Origin: Folioceros fuciformis
Taxonomy: Eukaryota
Assembly: GCA_049999805.1 (NCBI GenBank)
Contig: JBNGIO010001013.1
Location: 1 to 35,877 of the forward strand
Length of the DNA stretch: 35,877 bases
Direction of reading: 5' to 3'
In this document: one piece after another, positions 34,474-35,877 of the stretch
Layout of the letters: every line of letters begins with the position of its first letter
Position numbering within the stretch: the stretch's first letter is position 1
Made by a program: the position numbers and the translations under genes
The notes under the pieces: generated by a model
Databases searched by the model: none
What the model was told of the DNA's origin: nothing
What the model saw: the letters and a program-made list of their open reading frames with translations, nothing else

Positions 34474-35877
34474 CTAGCTGGATTCAAGGTCCACCTGACG
34501 GAAGAGGGCATTAAGGACTGAGTACAAGGGTGCAGCTGCCTTCGGTCTGGGAACAGGCCCGAAGAGGATGTCGTGGGCTGTAACACACGGGTCCCCGTAA
34601 AAGCGCGTGTTCATGGCATACCGTGTGGCAACTACATTTCCTTCCAGGGAACAGCCAACAAAGGCTCCTGCATCATCAAACGCAAGAAATAAGAGGGATG
34701 CACTTGTGGTGCTGGATGACGGTAGCTCACCTAACGGGCCTGAACGCTGATGTCAGAGCAGCCTTTGCTGCAGCTGTAGGTGTAACAGGCAGCTGCACCG
34801 CCGTCTCCAGCTCGCACGTCTGCCTCGGCGACTCTACCCACAAGCCCCACTGCTGCACTGAGGCCCGCGCCCATGGAGAGGTGGACGCGTCCTCCAAAGG
34901 CCTTTACTGCCCGCTTGGTTTGGAGAACGATGATGAAGTCCGTCAGTTCTCCGCCAACCTGCACTAGATAGAGACAGTTAGGGTACGAGGGAGGCAGGAA
35001 GCAGGTGCTGGGCGTGACAGTAGGGTGTTCACCTGGGGTCCCCATCCCAACCCGCAGGAGACTATGGCAGACGGTGAAGACCAGGAGCCGTCCACTCTGC
35101 GAGCAACCACGAGTCCTGTGCCCACCTTGTAGGTGACAACCACCCCTGCTTTGATCTCCGTGATGATGGCCAGTCCTTTGGCTCCTTTGAGCACAGAGTC
35201 AGGTATGGATTTCTCTGGTTCTAGCTTGCCGATCTGTAAAGGTTACAAGTACGTGAAGAACCGCTCGCGAGAGGAGACCACTGCAATGTAAAGTAGCCTT
35301 GAAGGCCAGAAGGTTTTACATCACCGGGGGATGATGGGAGCATGGAAAAGTGGCTTGGGAATGGCAGTGCTGGAAGGGAGCAAACCGGGAGCAGCACCTG
35401 GTCAGAGTAATTGCGAAGAGTGTTGGTGGCTTTGTAAATCTCTTGCTGCATTGATAGCCCTAAGGGGCTGTTCACCCAACCCCTCATGCAGCTGGAGTCG
35501 GTGACATCGTGAGTGGCAAGCTGCGAAGCGTTGCTCACACTGGTCATCAGTGTAGCCTGTATTGGTTCCAACCTCTCATAACAACTATCACAAACTCGTT
35601 GAGGATCCCTGGTCAGGAATCTGACAGGCAACAAGCAGCGGGTACTGGAGCATGAGCGACAGAAGAGGCCCCCACAGAAGCGGCAATGGTGCCTGCCGCA
35701 AGTGAGCGGCCGAAACGACTCACCGCATTGCATACACGCGAAAGCAGCGCTATCAGGCATCCACTGAGGCGGCCCTGTATCAAGCAAGGCTTTCAAAGCT
35801 GAGGAGCACTCATCCATGGCAAGGCTGAACCCCTTGCCCATGCCCTTTTCCTGTCTATCATCACCATCACCCGCACC
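34474..35877 (-). CDS. FYVE zinc finger + SYLF (Ysc84/SH3YL1 actin/lipid-binding) domain protein, probably 5'-truncated by the window edge
   Basis: WMPD...CMQC...RHHCRFCGGLFCRSCS...RVCDSC (FYVE); GTGLVVARRVDGSWSSPSAI, GWGPQVGGELTDFIIVL, GAFVGCSLEGNVVATR (SYLF). Exons ..35398, 35233-35033, 34958-34763, 34667-34474. Confidence 0.9.

Overview
Eukaryotic, gene-dense land-plant DNA with short (~50-340 nt, mostly ~100 nt) GT-AG introns; the style suggests a non-seed plant such as a hornwort or lycophyte, which is inference only. In order: an AT-rich repeat-like left end (1-2000), U2B''-type snRNP protein (+), UBE2S/UBC22-type E2 (+), two tandem sn-2 GPAT paralogs (-), a small secreted PSY-like peptide precursor missed as a unit by the ORF track (-), a ~13 kb SPLAYED-type SWI/SNF ATPase with internal protein repeats (-), a P-class PPR gene of the At2g35130/PPR66 type (-), an intronless Lsm11-like gene (-) head-to-head with mitoribosomal mL41 (+) with only 41 bp between start codons, and the 3' part of a FYVE+SYLF gene (-). 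The most notable signal is the intact-looking Lsm11 (a U7 snRNP-specific Sm protein), including its N-terminal FDPLLAL motif, in a lineage where U7-dependent histone mRNA processing is generally considered absent. Also notable are the catalytic divergence of the HAD domain between the two GPATs and the PSY-like peptide. All family assignments come from recalled motifs and hand-built exon models; no searches were run.
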